Of a stretch of 32,000 nt of DNA, positions 16,441 to 24,672 are shown piece by piece. The notes under the pieces are model-generated. The model saw nothing but the letters and a program-made list of their open reading frames with translations, had not been told where the DNA came from and searched no databases. Where the stretch lies: contig NZ_CP124549.1 in assembly GCF_030253515.1 (NCBI RefSeq), positions 660,001 through 692,000 of the forward strand. The letters run 5' to 3'. How positions within the stretch are numbered: the first letter of the stretch is position 1; every line of letters starts with the position of its first letter. The translations under genes were made by a program, and so were the position numbers. The DNA is from Candidatus Nanosynbacter lyticus. Lineage in GTDB: Bacteria; Patescibacteriota; Saccharimonadia; Saccharimonadales; Saccharimonadaceae.

Positions 16441-17019
16441 TCATTTCTTCAGCGCCTCGGTCACTCGTTGCGCCGTCGGCAGATTAACATCAACATTCTC
16501 AAGCGCCTTGGTAGCATCAGCCAAGGTGTAGCCCAACGCCATCAACGCCTCCAGTGCTTCGTCAGAGGTGTTCAGTTCGGTCTGGACTATAGTTTCTACT
16601 CGACCATACTGCGTCGGCAAACCAACCTTATCACTCAAATCAACCACCACTCGTTCGGCAGTTTTTTTACCGACGCCAGCAGCTTTTTGCACGAAGGCGC
16701 TATCGGCGTTGGCAATGGCATTACGCACCTGCTCCGCATCACCGAGGCTGAGAATTGCTAACGCGGCCTTTGGACCAACCCCCTGAACGGTGATTAGCAT
16801 TTCAAACAGCTTCTTTGCCGCCAGGCTCGAGAAACCAAACAATTCTTCCGCCTGCTCGCGCACATGATGATAGGTGTAAAACTTAGCGTCTTGATCCAGC
16901 GTCACCGCCTCGAAATCACCAGCCGATACGCTAACTTCATAGCCGACGCCGTGAACGTCAATCACGATGCTGCCCGCGCCAAACTTCTCAGCGATCATAC
17001 CAGAGAGATGGGCGATCAC
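16441..17019 (-). CDS. ruvA: Holliday junction DNA helicase subunit RuvA
   Basis: 192 aa reading MIAHLSGMI...VIDVHGVGYEV (OB domain), with HhH motifs (LITVQGVGPKAALAIL, AAGVGKKTAERVV). The GTG start overlaps the PBP stop (GTGA). Confidence 0.9.
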   Translation of the reverse strand: MIAHLSGMIAEKFGAGSIVIDVHGVGYEVSVSAGDFEAVTLDQDAKFYTYHHVREQAEELFGFSSLAAKKLFEMLITVQGVGPKAALAILSLGDAEQVRNAIANADSAFVQKAAGVGKKTAERVVVDLSDKVGLPTQYGRVETIVQTELNTSDEALEALMALGYTLADATKALENVDVNLPTAQRVTEALKK

Positions 17020-19442
17020 GGTCGTCTGTCTCCGCCGCCCGGAGGATTGGTCGGGCCGGGCGAAGTGCCGCCGCTGCCACCGCCTGAACCGCCGCCGCTA
17101 CCGCCGCCACTGCCATTGCCGCCGCCTGGATTTTGGTCGTCATCGCCAGTACTGCCACACGACGCAGTCTTTCGCGAATGCTTCGTCGCATCAAATTTGT
17201 CTTCGCTGATGGTGATGAGACGCCTAGTAGCTAGATCACAGACGGTGATCTGCTTAGTAGTGGACGTCTGCCGACAATCAGCAGCGTTCTTGGAATATTT
17301 AGCGGCATCAAACTGATCTTCAAAAATTGACTCTATTTGCTTGGTCGCGAGGTTACATACCTCGATCTTTGACTTAGTTTGGTCACATTTCTCGGTTGGG
17401 ATGGCGCTCGAGAGGAAGTATTCTTTGTAAGCACCGGGACTGGAATCATCAGCGAGGCCGCCATTACTACTACAGACACTTCGCTGGACAACGCCGTTTG
17501 GTACGTCAAAACCAGTTTTCGTGCCCGCCAGCAGCTTGGTCATCGTCGCCCGCCAAATTGGCGCCGCCACATCCGATCCACCGCTGTTCATGACTTTATT
17601 GTCATTATTACCAACCCACACGCCGACCGCATATTGCGGCGTATAGCCAATCGTCCAGGCATCGCGGTTATCATTGGTGGTACCCGTCTTGACAGCGACC
17701 GTCTTGCCACTCACCGTCAGGCTGCTGCCAAATATCCCTGCCCGCGCGGCATTATCCGACAGAATGCTAGAGATGAGATAGGCGCCGCCCTGGCTAATGG
17801 CTTGACGCGTATTGGCTGTTTTCCACGAAGCGTTTTTGTTGAACTTATCCTTGACTTCGGTGATGAGATTCAGCGATTCGTACTGCGTGCCGCCATTGGC
17901 AAAGGCCGCGTAGGCGTTGGTCATTTCGCTCAGGCGCACCTCGGCCGAACCAAGCGCCAGTGACAATCCGTAATTTTTGTTTTCATCAAGGGTGCTAATG
18001 CCGAGTTTCTTAGCCGCTTGGATGGAACGATTAATGCCATACTTTTGCATGATCAGAACGCTTGGGATATTTAGTGACCAGCTGAGCGACTTGCGCGTCG
18101 TCACCTTGCCGTTCCAGCGGCGGGTAGCATTGTACGGTACGTAGCCATTAAAGTCAGTCAATTTATCATCAAAAACTGTCGCCGGCGTGATGGCGCCATC
18201 AGCCATCGCCTGCGCATAATACAGCGGCTTGAAGCTCGAGCCGGGCTGACGCGGCGTGGTCACCATATTGACCTTGCCCCACTCGGCGTTATTATAATCA
18301 GCGCTGCCGACCAGTGCCCGCACCTCGCCGGTTTTTGGATCAATGACGATACCGCTGGCGTTGGTGCCACCGAGGCGATTGATCTGCTTCATTTGTTTGG
18401 CGATATTCTCTTGGAGGAGCTGTTGGGTGTCGAGATTCAGCGAGGTCTTGACGCGGTAGCCCGAGCGCATGACTTTTTCGTAGCCATATTTGTCGCTGAG
18501 CTGTTTGATGACCATCTCGGCAAAATGCGGCGCTGCGGAATTCGTGTGAGCCGCGCCGCCACCAGTATATGCTAGCTGTGTGGCTTCCGCCTGCTGCTTC
18601 TGCTCCTCGGTGATGAAGCCTTCTGTCTGCATCCGACCGAGCACCGTCTTTTGGCGCTGCTTGGCATATTCAGCATTGCCGCTGATCGGTGAATAGCGGC
18701 TTGGCGCCGGCAGTACACCAACTAGCATACTGCTCTCGGCCAGTGTCAAATCCTTCGGCGACTTATTGAAATACACCTTGGCCGCTTCCTCGATACCAAA
18801 GGCATTTTCGCCAAAGTACACTGAGTTGAGGTACATCATCAAGATCTGCTCTTTACTATAATTCTGTTCAATGGCGATGGCCATAAATAGCTCTTGGTAT
18901 TTGCGCATAAAGCTATGCTCATTGCTGAGCAAGTTATTCTTGACCAACTGCTGCGTCAAGGTCGACCCGCCACCGTGCCGCGTAATCGCCGCTCGGAAAA
19001 TACTAAAGATATTAAAGCCGCTGTGCTTATAAAAATCTTTATCCTCACTGGCGATCAGCGCCTTTTTCATACTCTCAGAGATGTCTTTGAGCTGCACCAA
19101 GTTCCGCCGCTCGGCATTACCAACGCTATAAATCACCTTATCCTTGGCGTCAGTCAGCACGATACCGGTATTATTGCGGTTCATCAGCCGCTCCTGATCA
19201 CCGATATCGCGCGCATAATAAAAATAGCTAGCAATCGGCACAATGATCAAGAACAATAGAATTGGTAGCAGGCACACCATAATTTTTTTCGGCCGACTCA
19301 GTCGCCAAAACCACAAAAAGTGTTTGTGTTGACGCGGTAATTTACCAGATTTCGCCTTGACTTGACCGAGATTGGCATACCGACCCATGTGCGGTGGTTG
19401 CTTCTTTATCGGAGCTCGTTTTCCCTTGCCTAATTGCACCAT
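17016..19442 (-). CDS. Class A penicillin-binding protein (glycosyltransferase plus transpeptidase) with a repeat- and Gly-rich C-terminal extension
   Basis: GT51 motifs are ASEDKDFYKHSGF and GGSTLTQQLVKN. Transpeptidase motifs are SSFKP, SWSLN (SxN) and KTGTT. An N-terminal TM anchor is present. 808 aa. Confidence 0.9.
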   Translation of the reverse strand: MVQLGKGKRAPIKKQPPHMGRYANLGQVKAKSGKLPRQHKHFLWFWRLSRPKKIMVCLLPILLFLIIVPIASYFYYARDIGDQERLMNRNNTGIVLTDAKDKVIYSVGNAERRNLVQLKDISESMKKALIASEDKDFYKHSGFNIFSIFRAAITRHGGGSTLTQQLVKNNLLSNEHSFMRKYQELFMAIAIEQNYSKEQILMMYLNSVYFGENAFGIEEAAKVYFNKSPKDLTLAESSMLVGVLPAPSRYSPISGNAEYAKQRQKTVLGRMQTEGFITEEQKQQAEATQLAYTGGGAAHTNSAAPHFAEMVIKQLSDKYGYEKVMRSGYRVKTSLNLDTQQLLQENIAKQMKQINRLGGTNASGIVIDPKTGEVRALVGSADYNNAEWGKVNMVTTPRQPGSSFKPLYYAQAMADGAITPATVFDDKLTDFNGYVPYNATRRWNGKVTTRKSLSWSLNIPSVLIMQKYGINRSIQAAKKLGISTLDENKNYGLSLALGSAEVRLSEMTNAYAAFANGGTQYESLNLITEVKDKFNKNASWKTANTRQAISQGGAYLISSILSDNAARAGIFGSSLTVSGKTVAVKTGTTNDNRDAWTIGYTPQYAVGVWVGNNDNKVMNSGGSDVAAPIWRATMTKLLAGTKTGFDVPNGVVQRSVCSSNGGLADDSSPGAYKEYFLSSAIPTEKCDQTKSKIEVCNLATKQIESIFEDQFDAAKYSKNAADCRQTSTTKQITVCDLATRRLITISEDKFDATKHSRKTASCGSTGDDDQNPGGGNGSGGGSGGGSGGGSGGTSPGPTNPPGGGDRRP
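17160..17366 (-). repeat. Two tandem ~30-aa Cys-bracketed repeats in the PBP C-terminal extension
   Basis: IEVCNLATKQIESIFEDQFDAAKYSKNAADC pairs with ITVCDLATRRLITISEDKFDATKHSRKTASC. A (GGGS)n / Pro-rich tail follows, encoded at 17019-17126. Confidence 0.7.
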
Positions 19443-19449
19443 GTATCAA

Positions 19450-19932
19450 TTATACCACGCCAAGGCGCGTCGTCGCTGCATGGGTGATGGCCGCCGCGAG
19501 TGCATCGGCGCAGTCATCTGGCTTGGGCACCTGGCTGAGACCTAAGTTGAGGCGCACCATTTCCTGAATCTGCTTTTTGTCGGCCTTGCCATAGCCAGTC
19601 AGTGTCTGTTTGATCTGAAGCGGCGTGTATTCACTGATCACGAGGCCTGCCTTGTGTCCAGTCAGCATCGCCACACCACGAGCATGAGCCACAGAAATAG
19701 CGGTGGTGACATTGCGGGCAAAGAACAATTTTTCAATCGACATCACCTCAGGTTTAGTCTCAGCGATAATCTCTGTCAGGCCATCAAAAATCTCCGCCAG
19801 CCGCTCGTCTAGCGGCGTGTGGGCGGGCGTCTTGATCACGCCGGCCGTTACCAGCCGGTAGCCGCCCTGCTTCGCATCAATCACACCAAAGCCCAAGATA
19901 CCAGTCCCCGGATCAATGCCAATAATTCTCAT
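19450..19932 (-). CDS. ruvC: Crossover junction endodeoxyribonuclease RuvC
   Basis: MRIIGIDPGTGILGFGVI carries the first catalytic Asp. An EY..LQIKQ..TGYGKADKKQ segment and DDCADALAAAITHA are also present. 160 aa. Confidence 0.95.
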   Translation of the reverse strand: MRIIGIDPGTGILGFGVIDAKQGGYRLVTAGVIKTPAHTPLDERLAEIFDGLTEIIAETKPEVMSIEKLFFARNVTTAISVAHARGVAMLTGHKAGLVISEYTPLQIKQTLTGYGKADKKQIQEMVRLNLGLSQVPKPDDCADALAAAITHAATTRLGVV

Positions 19933-20006
19933 GCGTTTATTATAGCACCCGGCCGGTGACAGTAATAATTAATCAAGCGGCTGCCTCGACGAGCTACTTC
20001 GCCGAG

Positions 20007-21899
20007 TTATCGCTTGCCGCGCGTGATGGCGTGTTTTAGCCGCGTAGCAGCCCGGCCAATTTCCCAGCGCCACTGCCAGCCAGCGTAGCCAACCGCCAGC
20101 AGACTGACGCCGCCGAGCACCCACCAGCCCCACATCGCGCCTGTCACCTGCTTGACCTGCTCCGGTGCAAAGCCAGTTTTTGGTGCAGTAGCCAGCGCGA
20201 CCTTGCGGCAGCGCTTTGTCTTTGGATTGCGCTCAAAGCCTTCGGCACACTCCTTCAACACGTCACTATCAGCGGCAATTTTCTTACAGCGTCCGGTAGC
20301 GGGATTACGAAACTTACCATCGGGACATGGCTTCAGGGTTTTGGCGGCTGTGGCTGCAATCGACCGACACCGACCGGTTATCTCGCTCCGATAGTACCCT
20401 TCACGACACGGCGTTTGGGTTTTGAGCTTGCCGATGTTGCGACACCGACCGGTTTCTAGTGAACGATACTGACCGGGCTTACACGGCGCGAGTTCCGGCT
20501 CGCGTACGATATTACGGCAGCGGCCCGTTGTTGGTGAACGGTACTGCCCCGGACGGCACGGCGTCGGCACTGGCTCCACCGGCTCCTTGACGCAGCGACC
20601 CGTGAGCTCGTGACGCACATAGCCCGCCTTGCAATCTGGCCACTGCTTGAATTCATTAGGCCGAGCCGGCGTCGGTGAAAATGTCACCTTCCATTCCCCG
20701 TCAAGCAGGCTCCACGACGAGTCCTTGGCCAGGCCAGTAAATGACGTCTGGTCGATCTCATTGCCACTAGCATCCAGCGCGTACACCTCGCCGCCACCGG
20801 TTTTTGTCAGTTTGAGATTTGTCTCTGCCAGCCGAACGACATGCAGCGCCCCGGCTGCCAGCTCAATACTTCTGAATATATGGGTCGTATCCTTATGCTT
20901 GCCCTGACCCTTCACGAGAATGGTGCAGCCCGTGAGGTCGAGGTCGCTGGTCCCGGCGTTAATAATCTCGATAAACGGCGCGTCAACGTTGGTCGCGATC
21001 TCATGTAATTTCAAGCCGCTGCAGCGATTGCTCGGTGGCGTCGGATCAACTGGCGGACGCGGCTCGTCAGGCTCACTGCACGCTGGCAGTTCACGTAGAC
21101 GCGGCGCCTCACCGACCGAAAAATCGCTGACGTTATTATCCGTATCAGTCACCACGCCATTTGTTTGGCAGCGCCAGGCGTGTAGCTTGCCGCCCAGCGT
21201 AATCGGACTGCCTTCGCGCTCTGATGCCGTGCCCCAGCCGACCAGATCCGACACCCGCCCATCACTCATCACCAACTTGACAGAGCCGCCGGTTTTTGCC
21301 AGTACTTTCTGGCTATCAAACCGCAGGTCGGCCTGCTCGGCAGGTAGCCGGCTATCACCGACCACCAACGCCCCGCCCGCCGGCACCATTAGGTCAGTCG
21401 ATATTGTTTTAAGCACTGTCACATGCCCCTTTTGGTTAACATACTGCAGCGTCCAGCCAGCGATATTGACTGGCCCTGGCGACGGATTGTAGAGTTCGAC
21501 GTACGCGCCGCGCGCTGTATCGAGGCCAATTTTAGTGATCAAGAGTTTAGCCGATGTACGAGCCGCAGCTGGTGGCGCAGGAGGTTCGGAAGGCGTTGGC
21601 TTAACTGGTGTGGGTGTCGATGGATCTCTGGGTGGCATCGACGGAGCAGGCGTAGACGTAGATGCAGACGTACTGCCAGAAGTCGTGTCCGGTGTAGCCA
21701 CTGCTGGGACTGATGGCCTGGTCGGGCTGGGTGCTGGATTGGCTGGGCGCGGCGCGGGCGTGTGGGTTGGCGCAACCGGTGTCGAGCCGCTAGCAGGAGG
21801 TGCGGCCTCTGGTGGGGAGTCGCTCGCAAACGCCACCACCGGCTGAAACACCAGCGCAATTATCGTTGACATAAGTAGTAGGCGGGTCAAAACCTTCAT
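20007..21899 (-). CDS. Cell-surface protein: signal peptide, Pro/Thr/Ser linker, two lamin-tail domains (LTD), six Cys-pair basic repeats, C-terminal TM anchor
   Basis: The signal peptide ends VVAFA/SD. LTD-like segments are LLITKIGLDTARGAYVELYNPSPGPVNIAGWTL and LKLHEIATNVDAPFIEIINAGTSDLDLTGCTI. The C-terminal TM helix is AMWGWWVLGGVSLLAVGYAGWQW, followed by a basic tail. Confidence 0.8.
   Translation of the reverse strand: MKVLTRLLLMSTIIALVFQPVVAFASDSPPEAAPPASGSTPVAPTHTPAPRPANPAPSPTRPSVPAVATPDTTSGSTSASTSTPAPSMPPRDPSTPTPVKPTPSEPPAPPAAARTSAKLLITKIGLDTARGAYVELYNPSPGPVNIAGWTLQYVNQKGHVTVLKTISTDLMVPAGGALVVGDSRLPAEQADLRFDSQKVLAKTGGSVKLVMSDGRVSDLVGWGTASEREGSPITLGGKLHAWRCQTNGVVTDTDNNVSDFSVGEAPRLRELPACSEPDEPRPPVDPTPPSNRCSGLKLHEIATNVDAPFIEIINAGTSDLDLTGCTILVKGQGKHKDTTHIFRSIELAAGALHVVRLAETNLKLTKTGGGEVYALDASGNEIDQTSFTGLAKDSSWSLLDGEWKVTFSPTPARPNEFKQWPDCKAGYVRHELTGRCVKEPVEPVPTPCRPGQYRSPTTGRCRNIVREPELAPCKPGQYRSLETGRCRNIGKLKTQTPCREGYYRSEITGRCRSIAATAAKTLKPCPDGKFRNPATGRCKKIAADSDVLKECAEGFERNPKTKRCRKVALATAPKTGFAPEQVKQVTGAMWGWWVLGGVSLLAVGYAGWQWRWEIGRAATRLKHAITRGKR
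20202..20633 (-). repeat. Six tandem copies of a C-x2-G-x2-R-x5-[GK]-R-C-[RKV] motif (period about 22-27 aa) within the LTD protein
   Basis: The copies are CKAGYVRHELTGRCVKE, CRPGQYRSPTTGRCRNI, CKPGQYRSLETGRCRNI, CREGYYRSEITGRCRSI, CPDGKFRNPATGRCKKI and CAEGFERNPKTKRCRKV. The DNA shows a recurring CGACACCGACCGGTT-type segment. Confidence 0.75.
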
Positions 21900-21959
21900 T
21901 GTGAACTCCCTGCTTGGCTTATGTTGGCTGATTATATTGTAAAAGAAATTCCTCCCAAA

Positions 21960-21986
21960 CGCAAAAGAGCGCCGCTAGGGGCGCTC
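21960..21986 (-). terminator. Rho-independent terminator downstream of yebC
   Basis: The minus strand reads GAGCGCC-CCTAGC-GGCGCTC followed by TTTTGCGTTT. It lies about 30 nt after the yebC stop. Confidence 0.55.
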
Positions 21987-22018
21987 GATATACCGTCAAT
22001 ACATGGCCTAAACGCAGG

Positions 22019-22735
22019 TCACTCCGCAGTGATATCGGCATTGGTATGCACATTCACCACGTCGTCCAAGTCGTCCAGCGCATCAACCACCTTCATCAAT
22101 TTCTGCGCGGTTTCCGTATCAGCGATCTCAACTGGCGTATTAGCAATGTAGCGCAGCTCGGCGTCTTTCACACTCAAACCCTGCTCAACCAACTGATTTC
22201 TAACGCTCGCCAAATCTTTCAGCTCCGTGTAAACAATGATCTCGCCGTCTTCCTCGACCGCATCCTCAGCGCCAGCATCCAAAATCTGGAGGAGCAATTC
22301 CTCGCCCGTACCCGCCACGGTGATCACGCCCTTACGAGTAAACTGAAACGCCACGCTACCAGCGTCAGCGATGCGTCCGCCGTTCTTCACCAATGCGGTT
22401 TTTACTTCCGGCAACGTGCGATTACGATTGTCGGTCGCTGTTTCGATGATGATACCGACACCGCCCGGACCGTAGCCTTCATAGGTAATTTCCTCTAGCG
22501 CCGCCGCGCTCTTATCCGCCACGCGGTCAATCGCCCGCTGGATATTAGCGCTCGGCATGTTGGCGGCCTTGGCTTTTTCAATGGCCATTGCCAAACTTGC
22601 ATTCAATGTCGGATCGGTACCGCCACGCGCCGCGATCGCAATTTGATTACCCAATTTCGTGAAAATCGCACCACGCTTCGCATCAACAATCGCCTTCTGC
22701 CGGTGCGTCGTCGCCCATTTACTATGTCCTGCCAT
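22019..22735 (-). CDS. yebC: YebC/PmpR-family DNA-binding transcriptional regulator
   Basis: MAGHSKWATTHRQKAIVDAKRGAIFTKL is the hallmark N-terminus of the family. 238 aa. Confidence 0.95.
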   Translation of the reverse strand: MAGHSKWATTHRQKAIVDAKRGAIFTKLGNQIAIAARGGTDPTLNASLAMAIEKAKAANMPSANIQRAIDRVADKSAAALEEITYEGYGPGGVGIIIETATDNRNRTLPEVKTALVKNGGRIADAGSVAFQFTRKGVITVAGTGEELLLQILDAGAEDAVEEDGEIIVYTELKDLASVRNQLVEQGLSVKDAELRYIANTPVEIADTETAQKLMKVVDALDDLDDVVNVHTNADITAE

Positions 22736-22792
22736 GTGTCCATACCTCCAGAAAATTCGTTTCTTTTAGTATAGCAGAAAACGGGCGAGGGG

Positions 22793-23674
22793 TTAACTGT
22801 CGAGCCGATCAGTGGTGTTTTCTGGAAAGGTAAAGCCGCCGCAATCTGATTCTATATATACCCCTTTAACGGGTGTATCATTGAAGGCTTTTTCGTCCTT
22901 AATGCGCAACCCATATTGAGAGGAGATGATCCCCTCATGGACATACAAACCCAGCATCCCTGCGACATATCCCACGGCCGCGTTGTCGTTATTCTGCTGC
23001 AAAATACCCAATGGGACTTGTATGGCAGGACAGTGGGCGTCCTCTGGCAAAGTCACATCAGAACCTACTAAATATGCCTTGGGAAGTGATTCATCTAACT
23101 TTGACACCCAGATATCGGAATCATCGTGCTCGAGATCCATAACCTTCCGTAAAACCTTTTTTCGACGCCGAGAATTATCCTCAGCAATCCCCACCACAAG
23201 ATCCGATACGCTTATCTCATAGGAGTTCAACCCAGCCTGTCCTCGCCGCATATTCAAGTCACCGATAAACTGATACATAATTGCATCGCTAAGCTTATCG
23301 GATTCAACAAGAGGCACTATTACCTCTCGCATCCTCTCTAAGTACTTTTCTTCAATTGCGGCTTGAGCAGTCTGTACTGCTTCCTTAGTGTGCAGGTCCT
23401 CTCCGTCTGTCGGGGCCTTATTCTCAGCGCGCTGCCTAGTGACTTCTTCCAGGTACTCATTACGTACCTTGGTAATTTCATCACATATTGCGTTTAGCTG
23501 CCGAGGTGTCATTGGCCCGCCCAGCTCCTGCGTCTCATCGTCTTGTGCATCACTATAGCCCTCAACCCCGCTAGACCGTTGCTCACCATAATTATTCGAT
23601 ACGGCCGCTAGCCTCTCCCATAAATCCATTGGACCTTGATCGCCGCTATTTCCATCTATTCTATCTATACTCAC
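22793..23674 (-). CDS. Hypothetical acidic cytoplasmic protein, downstream member of a tandem paralog pair
   Basis: GTG start at 23674, 5 nt after GGGAGGAG. 293 aa with no TM helix or signal peptide. The N-terminal half is charged and helical. It shares the block VGIAEDNSRRRKKVLRKVMDLEHDDSDIWV and HCPAIQVPLGIL with the upstream ORF. Confidence 0.7.
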   Translation of the reverse strand: MSIDRIDGNSGDQGPMDLWERLAAVSNNYGEQRSSGVEGYSDAQDDETQELGGPMTPRQLNAICDEITKVRNEYLEEVTRQRAENKAPTDGEDLHTKEAVQTAQAAIEEKYLERMREVIVPLVESDKLSDAIMYQFIGDLNMRRGQAGLNSYEISVSDLVVGIAEDNSRRRKKVLRKVMDLEHDDSDIWVSKLDESLPKAYLVGSDVTLPEDAHCPAIQVPLGILQQNNDNAAVGYVAGMLGLYVHEGIISSQYGLRIKDEKAFNDTPVKGVYIESDCGGFTFPENTTDRLDS

Positions 23675-23708
23675 TGCTCTCCTCCCAAAATTATTGAACC
23701 GTATGACA

Positions 23709-24512
23709 TCAGAAGCATTCAGCCTCTACGGCTATGATGAAACAGCGATTTGGCCTAAGCTTGCCAAAAGGCCACCCAAAACAATAGGTAAAGTCAATAT
23801 CGAATGGTGAGTCCGGGTATAGCCTAATAGAAACTGGTGGTATCAAACCCTTCTCAGTGAATTCTGCTAGCTTACAGGCGATCCTTTCTTTAGTCTTACT
23901 ACGATCCTCGTCTTCCTTCCACTTTCCGGGCCTTTCGCTTTTAAGCTCTTTGAAATCTTTACCAAGATAGAGTATAGGAACTATTGTGCTGCAGCCATAG
24001 CGGTCCGGAAAACCCCCCTCCTCTTTGTCGCGCAAACTCTCATCAATTGTTAGCACTGAATAATATGTTGAACGACCACTCTCAGGATCATTATACCAAG
24101 CCAAATCATCTCCTCCTATGCCCTGTGTTAGATCTTTTATTAGATCACTCCGTTCACGATTTGCGGATTCGGCGATACCTCGCGCAAATCTCAAAAATGA
24201 CAAATCAACACCTAGTTTCTCCCTCTCTTGGTCCATCTGCCTAATGGTCTTGTCTTTCTCATAGTCTAGCGCTGATAATGCACTAATTACGTTAAGGATC
24301 TCCATATCTATCTTTTCTACAGCAAGTTCAAACTGCTCATGCTTAGGAAGCAGGTAGCCCGTCACCGCACTTCGTAGTGCTTCATTCCCCATCTCTATCC
24401 GACGCTCTTTATCCTTTTCACACTCCCGCTGAAAAGCTTCGCCCTTCGCGTCAATACGTGCAACATCAGCCTGCATGCCTTCCAGAATACCTCGCATACA
24501 CTTTTCATTCAT
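23709..24512 (-). CDS. Hypothetical acidic cytoplasmic protein, upstream member of a tandem paralog pair
   Basis: I prefer the ATG at 24512 (MNEKCMRG), 5 nt after GGAGGAG. The track start at 24584 has no SD. 267 aa. It shares the block RGIAESANRERSDLIKDLTQGIGGDDLAWY and GCSTIVPILYL with the downstream ORF. Confidence 0.7.
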   Translation of the reverse strand: MNEKCMRGILEGMQADVARIDAKGEAFQRECEKDKERRIEMGNEALRSAVTGYLLPKHEQFELAVEKIDMEILNVISALSALDYEKDKTIRQMDQEREKLGVDLSFLRFARGIAESANRERSDLIKDLTQGIGGDDLAWYNDPESGRSTYYSVLTIDESLRDKEEGGFPDRYGCSTIVPILYLGKDFKELKSERPGKWKEDEDRSKTKERIACKLAEFTEKGLIPPVSIRLYPDSPFDIDFTYCFGWPFGKLRPNRCFIIAVEAECF

Positions 24513-24672
24513 TTCACTCCTCCGAACTAAGTAATGTATAGTTGCCTCACCAGCCGCCCGAGGGCCAAACCCGTGCTCACTCACCCCGAGTGATTAGCTG
24601 AATGAACCCATAGTAGTACATCCATCAGGTTTCCTCAAGCATGAGCGGGATAGCCTACCACAATCGTCCACG

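Noticed and set aside
17019-17126. CCGCC/GCC-rich tandem-like DNA that could be taken for a microsatellite or spacer-repeat array
   Set aside because: It is the in-frame coding sequence of the (GGGS)n-Pro tail of the PBP. There are no unique spacers and no CRISPR-like periodicity.
21535-21859. Overlapping ORFs on both strands (103 aa Gly-rich on plus; 106 aa Arg/His/Leu-rich on minus)
   Set aside because: They are alternative-frame readings of the Pro/Thr/Ser-rich stalk of the LTD protein. The frame that continues from the signal peptide through the LTDs is the coherent one.
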